Below, piece after piece: positions 1 to 11,939 of a stretch of DNA of 64,000 nt. The notes under the pieces are model-generated. The model saw only the letters and a program-made list of their open reading frames with translations, had not been told where the DNA came from and searched no databases. The DNA is taken from the NCBI GenBank assembly GCA_964016885.1, contig OZ024746.1, positions 64,356,001 through 64,420,000 of the forward strand, in the 5' to 3' direction. The position numbers and the translations under genes are program-made. Each line of letters begins with the position of its first letter. Position 1 is the first letter of the stretch. The stretch is from Eledone cirrhosa. Lineage: Eukaryota.

Positions 1-227
1 ATCAATTCAGCTTTGTCTTTACTTGGTCCAATGTCTCTAAGCAGACACTTCAACTCTGTTTAGTTAATCAAGTGAGATGCTTTATGGTCTACTTTAGAGA
101 AATCAATGTCTCTATCAGTATTATTTTGAACGCCATCTTCACGAAAGCCCCCATCGTTACGTTTGTTTATAGTGTTATTTTCTGATGAAGGAATTGGTAC
201 AGGTGTTTTGTTATTAATGAAGTCCAT
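1..227 (-). pseudogene. Decayed DNA transposase fragment, Sola1-like N-terminal region (runs off window start)
   Basis: Minus-strand translation MDFINNKTPVPIPSS...ASHLIN*TELKCLLRDIGPSKDKAEL resembles the recalled Sola1 motif LPVPxPP-[linker]-HLIxQxELNDLVRDLxLSKxKAELL. One in-frame TAA (60-62) lies where Q (CAA) is expected. Confidence 0.6.
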
Positions 228-304
228 TGTGTAGATCTACAATTAAGATGTATTACACTCGACAGTTTTTCTTTCCCGAGAACAATAGCTTGTAATATTT
301 GTGA

Positions 305-725
305 ATTAATAAGTCAGCAGAAGTCATTGACTGTTCAAGTAAACACTTTTGTCTTCTTACATTCTGAGTTCAAATCCAAACACTGTTAACTTTGCTTTTC
401 ATCCTTCATTTTTAAAAAGAAATTGCTACCAATCAGGTATTTGGGTTAATCAAATCCTCTATGCTTTTCCCCACCCCAAATCTATTGACTTATGCCAAAG
501 TTAAAATTATATTTGTGTAAGCACTGAGTTGGTGGAAGCATTATGCTTATTTAGTGCCTTCCTACTATGTCTTGAGTTAATATCCCATCAAGATTGGCTC
601 TACTTTTTATTCCATTGGGTGTTGGTAATTACAGAAAAAGGTTCTATTATTGGGTTTCAGTTGGACAGACTACTCATCCTCTTCCTCATAATCAACAGTT
701 GGCCTTGTGCCAAAGTAAGAAATCA
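305..725 (+). mobile_element. Two old degenerate Meta-domain tRNA-SINE copies
   Basis: B-box TGAGTTCAAATCC (365), CTTTGCTTTTCATCCTTC, and tail GGCCTTGTGCCAAAGTAAGAAA (701) match younger copies such as 46107-46297. Confidence 0.65.
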
Positions 726-3699
726 ATATTTGTGTGAATCAGAAGCAGCAGCCAGTGGAATGGTTCAATAGTTCAGGCCATATTATAGGAACTGCTAAAG
801 ACAGTATTTTACATTTTTGAGGTGTGACATGTATAAGTTTCTTCACTTCTTAACTTGGTGACCTATTCATCAACCAATATATTATTTGGAGGTGAATTTT
901 ATTTATTTATTTTAGCTTATTTGTGAGTAGAGAAATTGAATTAACCCCAGCTGAAGCAAAATTTGTTGTAGATAATTTAAATAGTGGCATCTATTTATTT
1001 ATTTATTTAGGAGCACTAATTTCTAAATAAATGAATCTAAATAACCCGTAAAGGCTTTCTTTAAAATGATTATATTTAAGTTAGTTGTTGAAGTTACTTT
1101 GTTTTTTTTTTTTTATAAAAAAAACAAAAAATATTGCATCATGAATTAGCAACAAGTTTAAATGCCCCAGAGGAATATAAAGGTAGAAAAGCAGTTTGAA
1201 GTATAATTATTGAGTGTCTGAAAAGGTATTTTATACTGCTCAACATATTTTTGATTTATATTTCATTGAATTCTTTTCCTTTTCATTTATAAATTATTGG
1301 CAGACAGGTGTAAATAGGACTGGAAAAGTAGAATATGAAGAAAGAGGGAGAGAAGTATGGGCTGGGTGGGGGAGAAAAAAAAAACTTTGGCAATTGGATT
1401 CAGCTCAAAAACTTTAACCACGGAAATGTTTAATAGTTTTTTTTTATTTTATGAGTTAGTTTTGGAAGCTAGAGCAATAACTGTATTTTTTTCTGGCTTT
1501 CCTAGACTGGAAGGATTAGGATAGTTAACTAAAATTAGAATGGTTTTATTGTTCAGTTGGTCTGGAAAGGAAATATTGGTATGATATACAAAAGTGAGGA
1601 GAGAGTAATTAGATGAAGAGAGGAAAGTGTGATAAGTACAGGGGACGCAGGCCTGGCTAGACCAGCCTAGAGGGAGGAGTTATGGGGGACCATTGGCATG
1701 GGCTTATGATTTTAAAAGGGCATGCCACCTTCAAGTTGTAGTTCCTTTTATTTGTTCTGTTATTTTTAAGTACATCATTTACATGTACATATTCATAACC
1801 CATACATAAATCAGTAATATAGAAACTATGTACTACAGTGGCTGCAACCTGATGTGTCACCCTCCCACATACCAGTAATTGGAACAGGTTGGTTGTTGTT
1901 TGGCTGAGAGGGCTGGGGTATACTTTTGAAAAATGTGTTTCAATTTAATTTATGGTTAATGCAGTACAGTTTTATGGGTAGGGTTGATTGCAAGATTATG
2001 ATTTGTGTCAGCTTGAGTTCATAGATAGCATGCATTTAGTTTAGATTTACCTATGTTGTAGTTCAGGAATTTACGGATTACTAAAGTACATGTTAAATCT
2101 GGTGTGAGCCTATTTACCAGCTTTGGCCAGGCCTGGGTGGAAGTGGTATACAATCAGTAGTTTTAGAATAGCATGGCCATTGTAGTTTTAGTTAGAGAAG
2201 AGTCATAAAGGAGACATCATGCTGGTAGGTCAGTAGTTGGAGCCTTTTTGTAAATGTAGGTAGGTTTATCTGTCAAGTAGAAATATGGTCAAGGGATGTT
2301 AAATATTTTGTCATGAAAAATTGACCTCTCCAACAAAGAGGAAAGTTTTTGTGTATGCTATTAACTACATCACAACTTACCTGAATTATCTAAATTCATG
2401 CCATTAATCTGCTTGACTAATTACTTATATCTCATTTTTTGTAATTATCAAAAAAAGTACTGGCCAAACTTCTTCATAATTTTTATTTTCTGTGTCCACT
2501 GATCAAAGTAAGCTTGTGAAGCCTTTGGTGATGAAGTTTAATAAGACAAAAACATGTTTATAGTTGTCACTTTGCCTGCTTACAAAGATTTATCCCCACC
2601 CTCTCCCTAGACATGAAAATCATCTGTTGTTTTCTTTGAGAGTTGTCAAGAATATTTTCTTCCCCCAGCTAAAAGACTAGCTGCAATTCATGAATTTTTG
2701 TTTTTTGTTTTATGTCATTCAATACATCCCCACATACCTGAATTATATATATATATCTCACAAAGTAGTTGTAAGACCTATACTGATATGTTTTACACCT
2801 TACAACTTTCAAACTTTATCTGGTGACAGGCTGTTTTTAATATATATATATATATGAGACACACGCACACGCACACGCACACGCACACGAGAGAGAGAGA
2901 TCACTGTTGTAGTGTGTGTGGATGTTTTAACTGTGTCATTCACAAGTGTTGAGGGATGACACATTATTAATATATTTATGAAGAAAGAGGGATTTAAACA
3001 ATGAGAGAGAAGATTAAAAAGATTTCTGTTAACATACAAGTATGTATTCACTGATGTGACTGGGGTTGAGGTGGGGCAAGAAGCTTCTGAATGAGGTTGT
3101 TAGAGATGGTGGTAGTGGTGATGTGATTTCAGATATAGAAAGCTTAGTCACAAGTTTTTCATGCTGGATGCAGTTTAAATATTTGTTGAAGACAAGCTCC
3201 TCAAAACCCTTTGGTGAAGGTTGGATCAATTCATTGAAGATTGGATGTGTAAAATGAACATATTTTTAGTTGGGAACAATGACATAATGTGTTTTTCTAT
3301 GATTTTAGCTCCATATTCTTCAAGAGAGATTGGAGTTTCACCAATTCTCTTTTTCTTTATCTCTCTCTTTCTTCATGAATATAAGGCTTGGGGAGGTCTT
3401 CACCTTGCAATGGGTTGATAATGGATAATTATGATGGTGATGGTAAGACAGACAGAATATAGTTTTGTTAAAATTGTCCACTTCTTAGAAACTGGTGTTT
3501 AATGCTTTTGATACATTTTATAGCAAGGGATAGTAAATATACATAAATGAAGGTATAGTTGACAGTTAAGGCGTCAAGAAGACAGGTAATGAAACAATAT
3601 TCATAATTTACACTATGGGTGTTTAATGCTTGCATAAATAATCTTTTCTGAATGGATCATTAATCCTTTTGGGAAGAAGACAAGTATCTATTTTTTACA

Positions 3700-3920
3700 A
3701 GATACAAGAATGGTTCTTACCAACATTGGTACAAGGCCAGCAATTTGAAGTGAAGGAGAAAGTTGATTAAATTGACCCAAATGCATTACTGGTACTTTAT
3801 TTTATCGACCCTGTAAGAATGAAAGGCAAATCTCTGTGTCCACTGATCCACTGAAGTCAGTGCATAAAGGGTCATGACTATATGCCACAAAACATGTCTG
3901 ATACTGCCAATCCATTGCCC
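3700..3920 (-). mobile_element. Meta-domain tRNA-SINE
   Basis: ACTGGTACTTTATTTTATCGACCCTGTAAGAATGAAAGGCAAA and GATACTGCCAATCCA (reverse A-box). Confidence 0.8.
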
Positions 3921-4024
3921 TCTGATACAAGAATCATACAAGTTATTCAGTGAAAAATATCTGAATCTCAATATGCGTATAGTCTGTATGTGTGCGTGTA
4001 TATATATATATATATATATAGGGC

Positions 4025-4336
4025 AAAGACCTCCTTCGGACATGAATGACCATGGGATTTGCACCTAGAATGTTCCTCTCTGAGGCACAAGTCTGGGCAA
4101 GGTTGTTTGTGGAAAACCAGCAGTCTCCCATGTATGCCAGCCGCCCCTCTCCACACCACCTATGATATCCAAGGGAAAGGTAATGGCCGGTACAGCTTGG
4201 TACCAGTGACGTTGCAACTCATTTCTACAGCTGAGTAAACTGGAGCAACTCGAAATAAAGTGTCTTGCTCAAGGACACAATGCATCACCAGGTCCGAGAA
4301 TCGAACTCACAATCTTTGGATTGCAAGCCATGTGCC
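4025..4336 (-). mobile_element. CORE-type tRNA-SINE, 3' module B (other copies 48165-48395 +, 57855-57995 -, 63642-63965 +)
   Basis: Reverse strand reads tRNA head, B-box GAGTTCGATTC, CORE-like CCTTGAGCAAGACACTTTATTT...CTCCAGTTTACTCAGCTGTAGAAATGAG, then a distinct body ending CCCATGGTCATTCATG. Confidence 0.8.
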
Positions 4337-4337
4337 T

Positions 4338-4825
4338 TCATCATCATCGTTTAACGTCCATATTCCACGCTTGCATGGGTTTGGACGGGAGTTTTCCCAC
4401 TTGAGGCAAGAGTGGTTGTCTTGCTCGCATAGGACTGTCTGGCAGGTTTTCTACGACTGGATGCCCTTCCTAACACCAACCACATTTACAGTGTGGGTCT
4501 GGGAGGTTTTTACCGTGTTACCTACACGGCCACATTACAGCGTGGACTTTGTGTTTTTTTGTCGTGACACCTACATGACCTCATTTGTTTCGGACTGGAT
4601 GTTGTGACACCAACATAACTTTACATTGAAAGGGGCGGTGTGGATGGGGTGGGGGTAGTGGGACGGGGGTGTATTTTGTTAGAGGTGCCTACTGACTGTA
4701 GTAGGTTTTACTTTGTATTTAGGTAAGGCGGGTCTTCTCTATTGCTGTGTAGCACCAAAGCTCTCGGTCCAGTGACATTGTCTTGGAGAGGTGTGAGGTC
4801 GGAATTTATCAAGTCGTCCCAGGTT
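4338..4825 (-). mobile_element. Non-autonomous RTE-derived element
   Basis: (CAT)n tail, RTE-type 3' stem-loop (TTCCACGCTTGCATGGG) and CTGGATGCCCTTCCTAACACCAACC motif shared with the RTE-tailed SINEs. Confidence 0.65.
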
Positions 4826-5224
4826 TTTTATATATATATATATATATATATACAGACACAGACACACATATATATATTTATTGCTTTTTCTTTTATCTGT
4901 CACTACCTCAGACTCTCTACACGTATCTATGTATGTTTCGAATATGACTTTTCATGTTAGCACTAAATCCACCACAGCATCATTAAACGGATACTTATTT
5001 ACCACCACCACTATCATATTTTGTACTTATATGTTCTCACTTATCCTTATTTCTTTATATTTTTATTATTTTTCCATTTTCTTACTTTTTTACTGTATCT
5101 TTATTCTTATTTTTTACTTTTTACATCTGTAACTTCTTTACCTATTTATCATATATTTTATTATTGCTGTTATTGTTTTGATTATACTCTATTTCTCTAT
5201 ATATATCATGCCATGTATGAATTA

Positions 5225-5536
5225 TTCATATTCTGAGGATTTGGTCAGAGGTAAATAATTGTTTCTACTTTTGGCACAAGGCCAGCAATTATCCAGTACA
5301 TTACTGGTACTTTATTTTATCGACCCCGTAAGGATGAAAGGCAAAGTAAACCTCGGCAGGATTTGAACTCAGATCGTAAAGGGAGGTAACTATGCTGGAA
5401 AGCATGTCCGACCTTCTACCGATACTGCCAATCCACCTCAGAGGTAAATAATGTAATGGAGATCGAGTGACGCAACTTCAAGCGATTAGCGGCCTCTAGA
5501 CTCACCTGATCAATGAAACAATTGTTAATACCTGAA
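5225..5536 (+). ncRNA. Type I hammerhead-ribozyme-like motif interrupted by a SINE in the stem II loop
   Basis: Stem I TTCATATT/AATA-CC-TGAA; core CTGAGGA 5233-5239; stem II TTGGTCAG 5241-5248 / CTGATCAA 5506-5513; GAAAC-AATT-GTT 5515-5526 (palindrome AACAATTGTT); AATAAA 5536-5541 downstream. Confidence 0.65.
5260..5437 (-). mobile_element. Young Meta-domain tRNA-SINE with 15-bp TSD
   Basis: Full consensus-like copy; TSD TCAGAGGTAAATAAT at 5245-5259 and 5438-5452. Confidence 0.9.
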
Positions 5537-5571
5537 ATAAAGTCCCTTGTACAGCCAACCATGTTACTCTT

Positions 5572-5625
<54 letters not shown>

Positions 5626-5822
5626 GCACACTCACACACATGCATATATACACATACACATATCTAGTGTACTTGAATTTCATAATAAATATCCAAGTAA
5701 GGAAGAGCACTCCATCCAGGATATGAGTTATGAGTTGTATTACATAAAATATTTAATTGCATCAACAATACATTATCCAAATACATGTATTTCACTAGGA
5801 AAATCTAAGACTCTCTCAGTTC

Positions 5823-5873
5823 ATCAATATGGATGAGTGTTGGATCCTCCTCATGAAACATGTGTATATGGAT
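5823..5873 (+). ncRNA. Degenerate minimal type I hammerhead-like motif
   Basis: ATCAATA-TGGATGA-GTG...CAT-GAAAC-ATGT-GTA-TATGGAT. Stem I 6/7 paired, palindromic ACATGT stem III, two substitutions in CTGATGA. Confidence 0.45.
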
Positions 5874-5989
5874 AATATATTGTTGATGTAATTAAATATT
5901 TTAATTTTAAGGTTAAGTTATTGTCTTTCTTTGAGGCATTTGAATTTTATATGAGATTTAATTCTTGGTTTTGAGTTTCGAGCTTTTGT

Positions 5990-6365
5990 TGATTAGACAG
6001 GAAGAATATATATAGTGGATGATTTTGCGTGTGATGGTCTTTGTTTTATTGTATTAAATGCTTCTTTTGTAGCTGAGTAACTGTATTTTGTGTTGGGTCT
6101 TGGTTGGTTTGAGTTTGTTTTATTCTTTTACTTTTATTTATATAACAAAGAGCATGTGATATATATATATATATATTACTTCTGCATCTATAGATTGATT
6201 TTTCTCAACTACAGAAGATCCCAGAAAAGGGTGAAAGCAACGATTCTTTGCTTAAACTTTAATCTGTTCTAATAATAACTATTTGCTCTACGGTTTTATA
6301 TATATATATTTATAATCCTTATTGAGTTCTCTTCGGATTTTGGTCTTCAAAATTATTATTACACC
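5990..6365 (+). mobile_element. Penelope-like terminal-repeat family (pieces also at 10580-10650 -, 50405-50700 -, 50838-50930 +, 51802-52050)
   Basis: Shared CAGAAGATCCC-N5/6-GGGTGAAAGCA, TTCTTTGCTTAAACTTTAATCTG and CCTTATYRAGYYCTCTTCGGATTTT; all copies abut (TA)n. The Penelope assignment is inferred from the hammerhead-like core and inverted arrangements. Confidence 0.5.
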
Positions 6366-6902
6366 ATATATATATATATATGTACATACATAGGCTATTT
6401 AAAAATTCTGGCCCCAGAAGAAATGTATTTAAAACTATAATTAGTTAGAATTTTATTTAATTAAATTTTTGTTACTCTAAATGTTGAAAATGTATAGATG
6501 TAAAAAGAAACAAAATTCATTATCGTTGTTTCATCGTTTTATTATCTGCCTTCCCTGCTTAGTATGGGTTGGATAGGTCTACATAGACCAAGTCAGTACT
6601 GAAGTGGGGCTACTGACCTACTAGACAGGCCAGGGGTAATACATTTTGAATGAAAATCATTGTATTAAATATACTTTCTACAGGGTCAGACTTTTGAAAC
6701 ACTTGATATATATGTGTGTGTGTATACAATCATAGTGTATATGTGTGTGCGTACATGTATATATGTACAATATTTCTAACTTGGTTTTAATCCATTTCAC
6801 TAGTTTGGTGGTATCTCACAGCAGCAGTGAATCTTCTTAATTATGGATGTGTCGGTTAAGAAGAAGCAGTTATAAGTACAAGTGAATAACATAAATATCA
6901 CT

Positions 6903-7460
6903 TCACCCTTTTGATACCAAACTCCCCGAAACTGTCTGTGTTTCTATGATGCTAAGCTGTTTATTTTAAAGTGTTTATATTTATCTGAAAATCTTCCATC
7001 ATGATTTCAAATAACCCATTAATCACTGGAATGAGATTGGTTATAGGAAGGGCATTGAGCCATAGACAAGCTGCTAAAGAAAGGATCAGAAAGACTCTTC
7101 AGGTATGTCATATACATGACAACTTCCCTAGTGTTGGGGGTCATGACAAAATGTACTCAGTTGAGCATGGGATTGTATGTCAGATCCCCAGCCCACCTGA
7201 AGGTCAGTGGTTCTGCCTGACTACTGACTGGTCTGTGACATCTGTGACGACATGTCCAACCCTTACTAGCAGGGAAAACGCACATAAATACTGATCTTGA
7301 TGATGATGAGAAAGATGCAGATGAAGAACTGTTGTTATGTTTCAAAGGCCATCTTAAGAATATGAATATTACTAAATCTTTCCCGATTGTTGATTAGTTT
7401 CAAAATTAGTTGAAAATTGCAGGTAATATATTTCATAAGAAATGTGCAAATGAAAAGTTA
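6903..7460. mobile_element. Old piggyBac-like MITE family 2 with nested RTE-derived insert (~7030-7310); relatives at 32227-32466 and 55371-55566
   Basis: Ends CCCTTTTGATACC...GAAAAGTTAA. Internal AAAATCTTCCATCA and ATTTCATAAGAAAT match the other copies, which are TTAA-flanked. Confidence 0.5.
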
Positions 7461-7530
7461 ACCTTAATATCCCACGAGGGCTGGCTTTGCATTTCAAGAA
7501 TCAATGTTTTCTTAGTCTGGTTTCAGTTTG

Positions 7531-7725
7531 TTTAGCAGGCTAACATTTTCATATTATCTTGTAGTATTTCTTGATAGATGCGTGAACTGGGGACATTGCC
7601 CTAGAAGTACAGCAAAGTATATCTAGTGGGAGTATTTAGCAGGCTAACATATTCATATTGTTTCTTGAAAGCTATGAGAACTGAAGACATTGTCCTAGAA
7701 GTGCAGCAAAGTATTTCTAATGGGA
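7531..7725. repeat. ~100-bp tandem duplication
   Basis: TTTAGCAGGCTAACAT...GACATTGYCCTAGAAGTRCAGCAAAGTAT present twice. Confidence 0.8.
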
Positions 7726-9169
7726 TTTGAACTTAGAATATTTGAAGTAATTCAATACTTTAATCACCTGGCTCTCTCAACAAGTGAATAATACTTTTAT
7801 TCCAAATAATATCTGGATGAAATAAAGTAGCAGAGACAAGATAATTAACGTAAACTGAGAAATAACAGGAGATAAATGAGGCTTGAAAAACACCTGATGT
7901 GTTTGTGGAGGATGGTGGGGGGCAGGAGATAGTGGTGTGAGAAAGAGAAATAGTTTTTGTATCTCTTTAAGTACTGTAATGAAAGATATCATGGTGATGT
8001 TATTAATCAAATTATGTAATGCATTTTTGTTTGTCACCTGTATATTTCTGTATATATGTTTATTTGTGTATTTGCTGGTATCTGCTATTAGGTTTCTTTT
8101 TAGTCTGGTGCCTTGATCAGTGCTGTCAATGTTCTGTCTTTGTTTAACATCCAATATTAGTTAAATGTATTATAACTGTACATGCTTCAAGTTTCAAATA
8201 TTTACCAGGGTTGCTAACTACTGAATTCTTATTAAAAACGAAAACAAAACAAAAAACAAGAAGGAAACTTGCTATGCACTGATATGTGTACACAAACAGA
8301 CATCTGCACACAAACAACACAGACGTTTATAATGACACACTCATACATATTAGCAGTCATAATCCTACCTCCACTCCTAATTTTTTTTTTATGCAATGCA
8401 TACAATCACATACATATAGTAATGTAATATCTGCATACTTTAAGTAGCTTGGTGATATTAACAGTGCTGTTTTTTAACCCTGTCAAACTCTCAACACGCA
8501 CGTGTGTGTGTGTATTTTTGTTTCCATACATATATACGCATACTAAAAATATTTTAACTCCTACACCCCCAACATTAGACACCAACAACACCTGATACTT
8601 AAATATATGCATATGTACATACAAGGACAAATATTGTGAAGATATTTCTGCCTGAACTTGACACATTCTTATAGCTACAGAGGAAAGGAAATAAGGTTTT
8701 GTTGCTTGCTAGTTTGAGATGAATCGTTTGTTTGATGTTACATTGACCCTATATTAAACTTTTAATAAGGTCCATTTTGAAGTTGGAAGTTACATTTCAG
8801 ACATATATTCTTATCTGGAACGTAAATTCTCTAATAATATTTTGAATATAAACAGAATCTTGCTGCTGGGATTCTATAATACACAATGCAGAATATCTAG
8901 TTTACGGCTGTATTATATACAATTCCAATTTTAATCATACTTTACTAATTCATTCACAATTTAGTAGTGAAGACACATAGCTTAGTGGTTAAGTTGTTGG
9001 ACTCAACATAGTAATGTCCCCACCCTTGTATTCTCAGTTGCTAATGAAACTGGGATAAGCTGCAGATTGAGCTTCGGGGCTTGGGATAGTCTTCAACTTT
9101 TTAATTGATATCTCTTATTTACTAGCATCTCTTATATAATTTTCTTTGAAAATAATATTTTTTCATTTA

Positions 9170-9750
9170 ATGAAGGATCCATAGAATTGGTTGATAACTT
9201 CGGCTACATAGGTGACCTAATCAGCTGTGGCGGAGTTGCTCTGAGAGCACAGTAGCTAGAATAGGAACAGAATGGAAGAAGTTCAGGGAGCTACTATCTC
9301 TGTTGACAAAAAAATGTTTTTCTTTATGAAAGAAAGGCTGACTGTGTGATGCCTGTGTGTATTGTGCAATGCTGTATCGAAATGAGACATGGACAGTAAA
9401 TGTAGAAGGTATGTGAAAGCTGGAGAGAAATTAAGTGAGCATGCTCTGATGAATGTGAAATGTTAATGTGTGAATGACTGTATGGATGAAGTGAGAGAAA
9501 AACTGGGTATAGAAGAGAAAACTGCACTGGTACGGACATGTGATATATATGGATAATGATCGTTGGGTGAAGAAGTGCCAAGAAATCCCAGTGGAAGAAA
9601 GCTGCAATAGAGGAAGACTTGGCTGGAGGTGGTGAGAGCTGATCTCAAATTGAGGGATCAAACTGATCCCACAAAAAAAAAAAAATGACAAATGATTGCA
9701 ATGAGTTGAGTGACACTGTGTTGGCAAAGCTCATCCAGCCCAAGCAAGTA
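9170..9750 (+). mobile_element. Decayed RTE LINE 3' fragment
   Basis: Homologous to the C-terminal part of the 61221-63250 ORF (TGGAAGAAGTTCAGGGAGCTACT = WKKFREL; TGGTACGGACATGTG = WYGHV), with frameshifts. Confidence 0.85.
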
Positions 9751-10334
9751 TATTGAGAATCATTGCTATAATGTGTACATGATAAAGTATTATCTGCCTA
9801 ACAATGTTTAGGTTTAATCCCTCAATTCCAAGGTCTTTCTTGATTTATTTTAGTTGAAAGGTAAGAGATGTTAATTCTCATGTTTAGTACTCTGAAATGA
9901 TTTTGTTATATGAAACTATTTTGCCTTTGGAAAAATTTTCTTCTGTCAATTTTTTATCTGTTAAAAACCAACCCAAAACTGATTGTGTTTCATTTGGCAC
10001 TGATACAAGGACATTTTATATTCAGCTTCTCATCCAAAGTGGTTAAATATTTTCAGTTGTGATTAAAATAATTTATTTTTAAAACTCGTGCCTAGCAATG
10101 CTTAAAAAAATATAATCCCCATGAAAATCTGTTTTTTCTCTCTTTGTTTCTGTTTCTCGGTAGAGGCTGTCATATAATTACATGTTGAATTTAAAAGTCA
10201 AGGCTAATATCTTTTATTTAGCATTGTGTGTGCAATTCTATCGTCGTTGTTTTCTTAGTTGTAATCATGCTAAATAAACAGTAATGCTTTAAGGATAGTA
10301 ACCGACAGGGAAATGTTTCTTCAAAATGAAATAT

Positions 10335-10495
10335 ATTGTGTCTGGTTAAGAGGTTTCTTTCACAACTATATAGTTTGGGGTTTGATCTCACTTTGTAGTG
10401 CTTTGGGCAAATGCCGGCTACTATAGCTTTGAACTGATCAATGCCTTGTAAGTGAAATTGGTAGCGGGGAAACTGCGGGAGCCTGTTGTGTGTGT
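10335..10495 (+). mobile_element. Old tRNA-SINE family C (relatives 15770-15890 -, 17110-17255 +, 22255-22410 -, 44740-44860 +, 54490-54610 -)
   Basis: Shared TGGTTAAGARGTTT head, TTGGGCAARTGTC...TACTATAGC core and AAATTGGTAG...AAACTG tail. Confidence 0.6.
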
Positions 10496-10671
10496 ACACA
10501 TATCATCATCAACATTTAATGTCTATTTTCCATGCTTGTTTTCATCAACATTGTTATATATATATATATATAAATATATAGTAATAATAATAAATTTGAA
10601 GACTAAAATCCAAAGAGGGCTCGATAAGGATAAATATATATCAAATACATACATTGTTGTTGTATATATAT

Positions 10672-10925
10672 CGGCGTCTGGCTGAGCGGTTACAGAATTG
10701 GATTCGCAATCATGAGATTGTGGTTTAGATTCACAGATGGGCGATGCGTTATGTCCTTGAGCAAGACACTTTATTTCACGTTGCTTCTTCTGCCTGGAGT
10801 TGCGACCGACAGATAGTATTAGCAATTGGAAAGACCAATGGAAACATTGTTTGCTCGGCCCGACTTGACGAGCTCTACCCCACTTGTAAAGTGAATGAGG
10901 TCTAGGATCTTGTCGATTGACTGTC
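10672..10925 (+). mobile_element. CORE-type tRNA-SINE with a third, unique 3' module
   Basis: A-box TGGCTGAGCGG and CORE CCTTGAGCAAGACACTTTATTTCACGTTGCT, followed by a CpG-containing body not seen elsewhere in the window. Confidence 0.65.
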
Positions 10926-11219
10926 TATCAATGTGTGTGTATATATATATATATAAAGCCTGTGGTGCCGATACCAGGGAAACCACAAATCAGGGTACTC
11001 TGTGCATGGAAATTCCTCATTGAACCCATACTAGCATGGGAAATGTACATAACGATACTGCTGCTGCTGCTGATGATGATGATGGTGCAGTCTTTTTGGG
11101 ATGCTTTGGCTTGATTAAAAATATTGCTCATAGAACTTTTATTTCTACTTACCAAAATAAAGGTTCTGAGTTCAAATCCTTCTAGAAAAATGTATATTTT
11201 TAGAAGACAATTGGGAGAA

Positions 11220-11565
11220 TTATGTGGTAATAAGCATCACTGTTTTCTTTCACACACCAATGTTTTGGTAAATTACAGAGCTATTCTATATTTTGCCTTT
11301 TTCTTTGGGAATGTGTGCTTCAAAACATTGTTTGTTGTTTAACTCCGATCAACTTTGATTGAATAGACTTATAACCAAGAGCAGCCATAAACATCCCATC
11401 AGACATAGCATATCGAAGAGTATTCTATCTAATGTATCTTTTTTTTTTAAGGCTGTAGGGTGTGATTTGGGTGGGTGATTTCATTGTGGCTTCCACGTTG
11501 ACTTGAGGTTCTAAATATTGAGACTTGACCTCAGCTGCTAGGATTGCAAATGAATAAAGCACACA
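11220..11565 (+). repeat. Copy 1 of ~345-bp direct duplication
   Basis: About 97% identical to 13435-13778 (about 6 substitutions plus a poly-T indel). Confidence 0.95.
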
Positions 11566-11654
11566 TTGTATAGCAGTTGAATAGATGAACGATGAGGTTA
11601 ATATAGTCTGAGAAATGAAAGTTGTCATAGGAGTGGATAAACTGTCTCAGTTAC

Positions 11655-11845
11655 AATCAATAATTGTTTCTACTTTTTGGCACAAGGCCAGCAATTACAA
11701 TCAATAATAACATAATATTTATGTTGTTGTAGTATTGTAATTGTTTCTACTATTGGCACAAGGCCAGCAATTACTCAGTACATTACTGGTACTTTATTTT
11801 ATCGACCCCGTAAGGATGAAAGGCAAAGTTAACCTTGGCGGGTAT
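11655..11845 (-). mobile_element. Two 5'-truncated Meta-SINE tails with TSDs
   Basis: TSD TTACAATCAATAAT around a ~35-bp tail; TSD GTATTGTAAT around a ~100-bp copy. Confidence 0.8.
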
Positions 11846-11939
11846 TGTAATATTGACATATCTACTGTGTTTATGTGATTCAACTGATTCTCAAATAAAC
11901 CTTAGTATTTAACATGGATAGCAGTTTAACACTCACAGA

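Noticed and set aside
1900-2300. Possible decayed LINE endonuclease (PTF...TDL...TDCIP, minus strand)
   Set aside because: Too degenerate and frameshifted to support by eye.
2785-2830. Minus-strand hammerhead-like CCAGATAAAG...TAAAACATATCAG
   Set aside because: Too many core substitutions.
2900-3420. Possible GIY-YIG relic (RIGETPISLEE, minus strand)
   Set aside because: A single short motif with no supporting conserved residues; needs a profile search.
4630-4670. G-quadruplex-like G runs
   Set aside because: They lie in a decayed repeat with no evidence of function.
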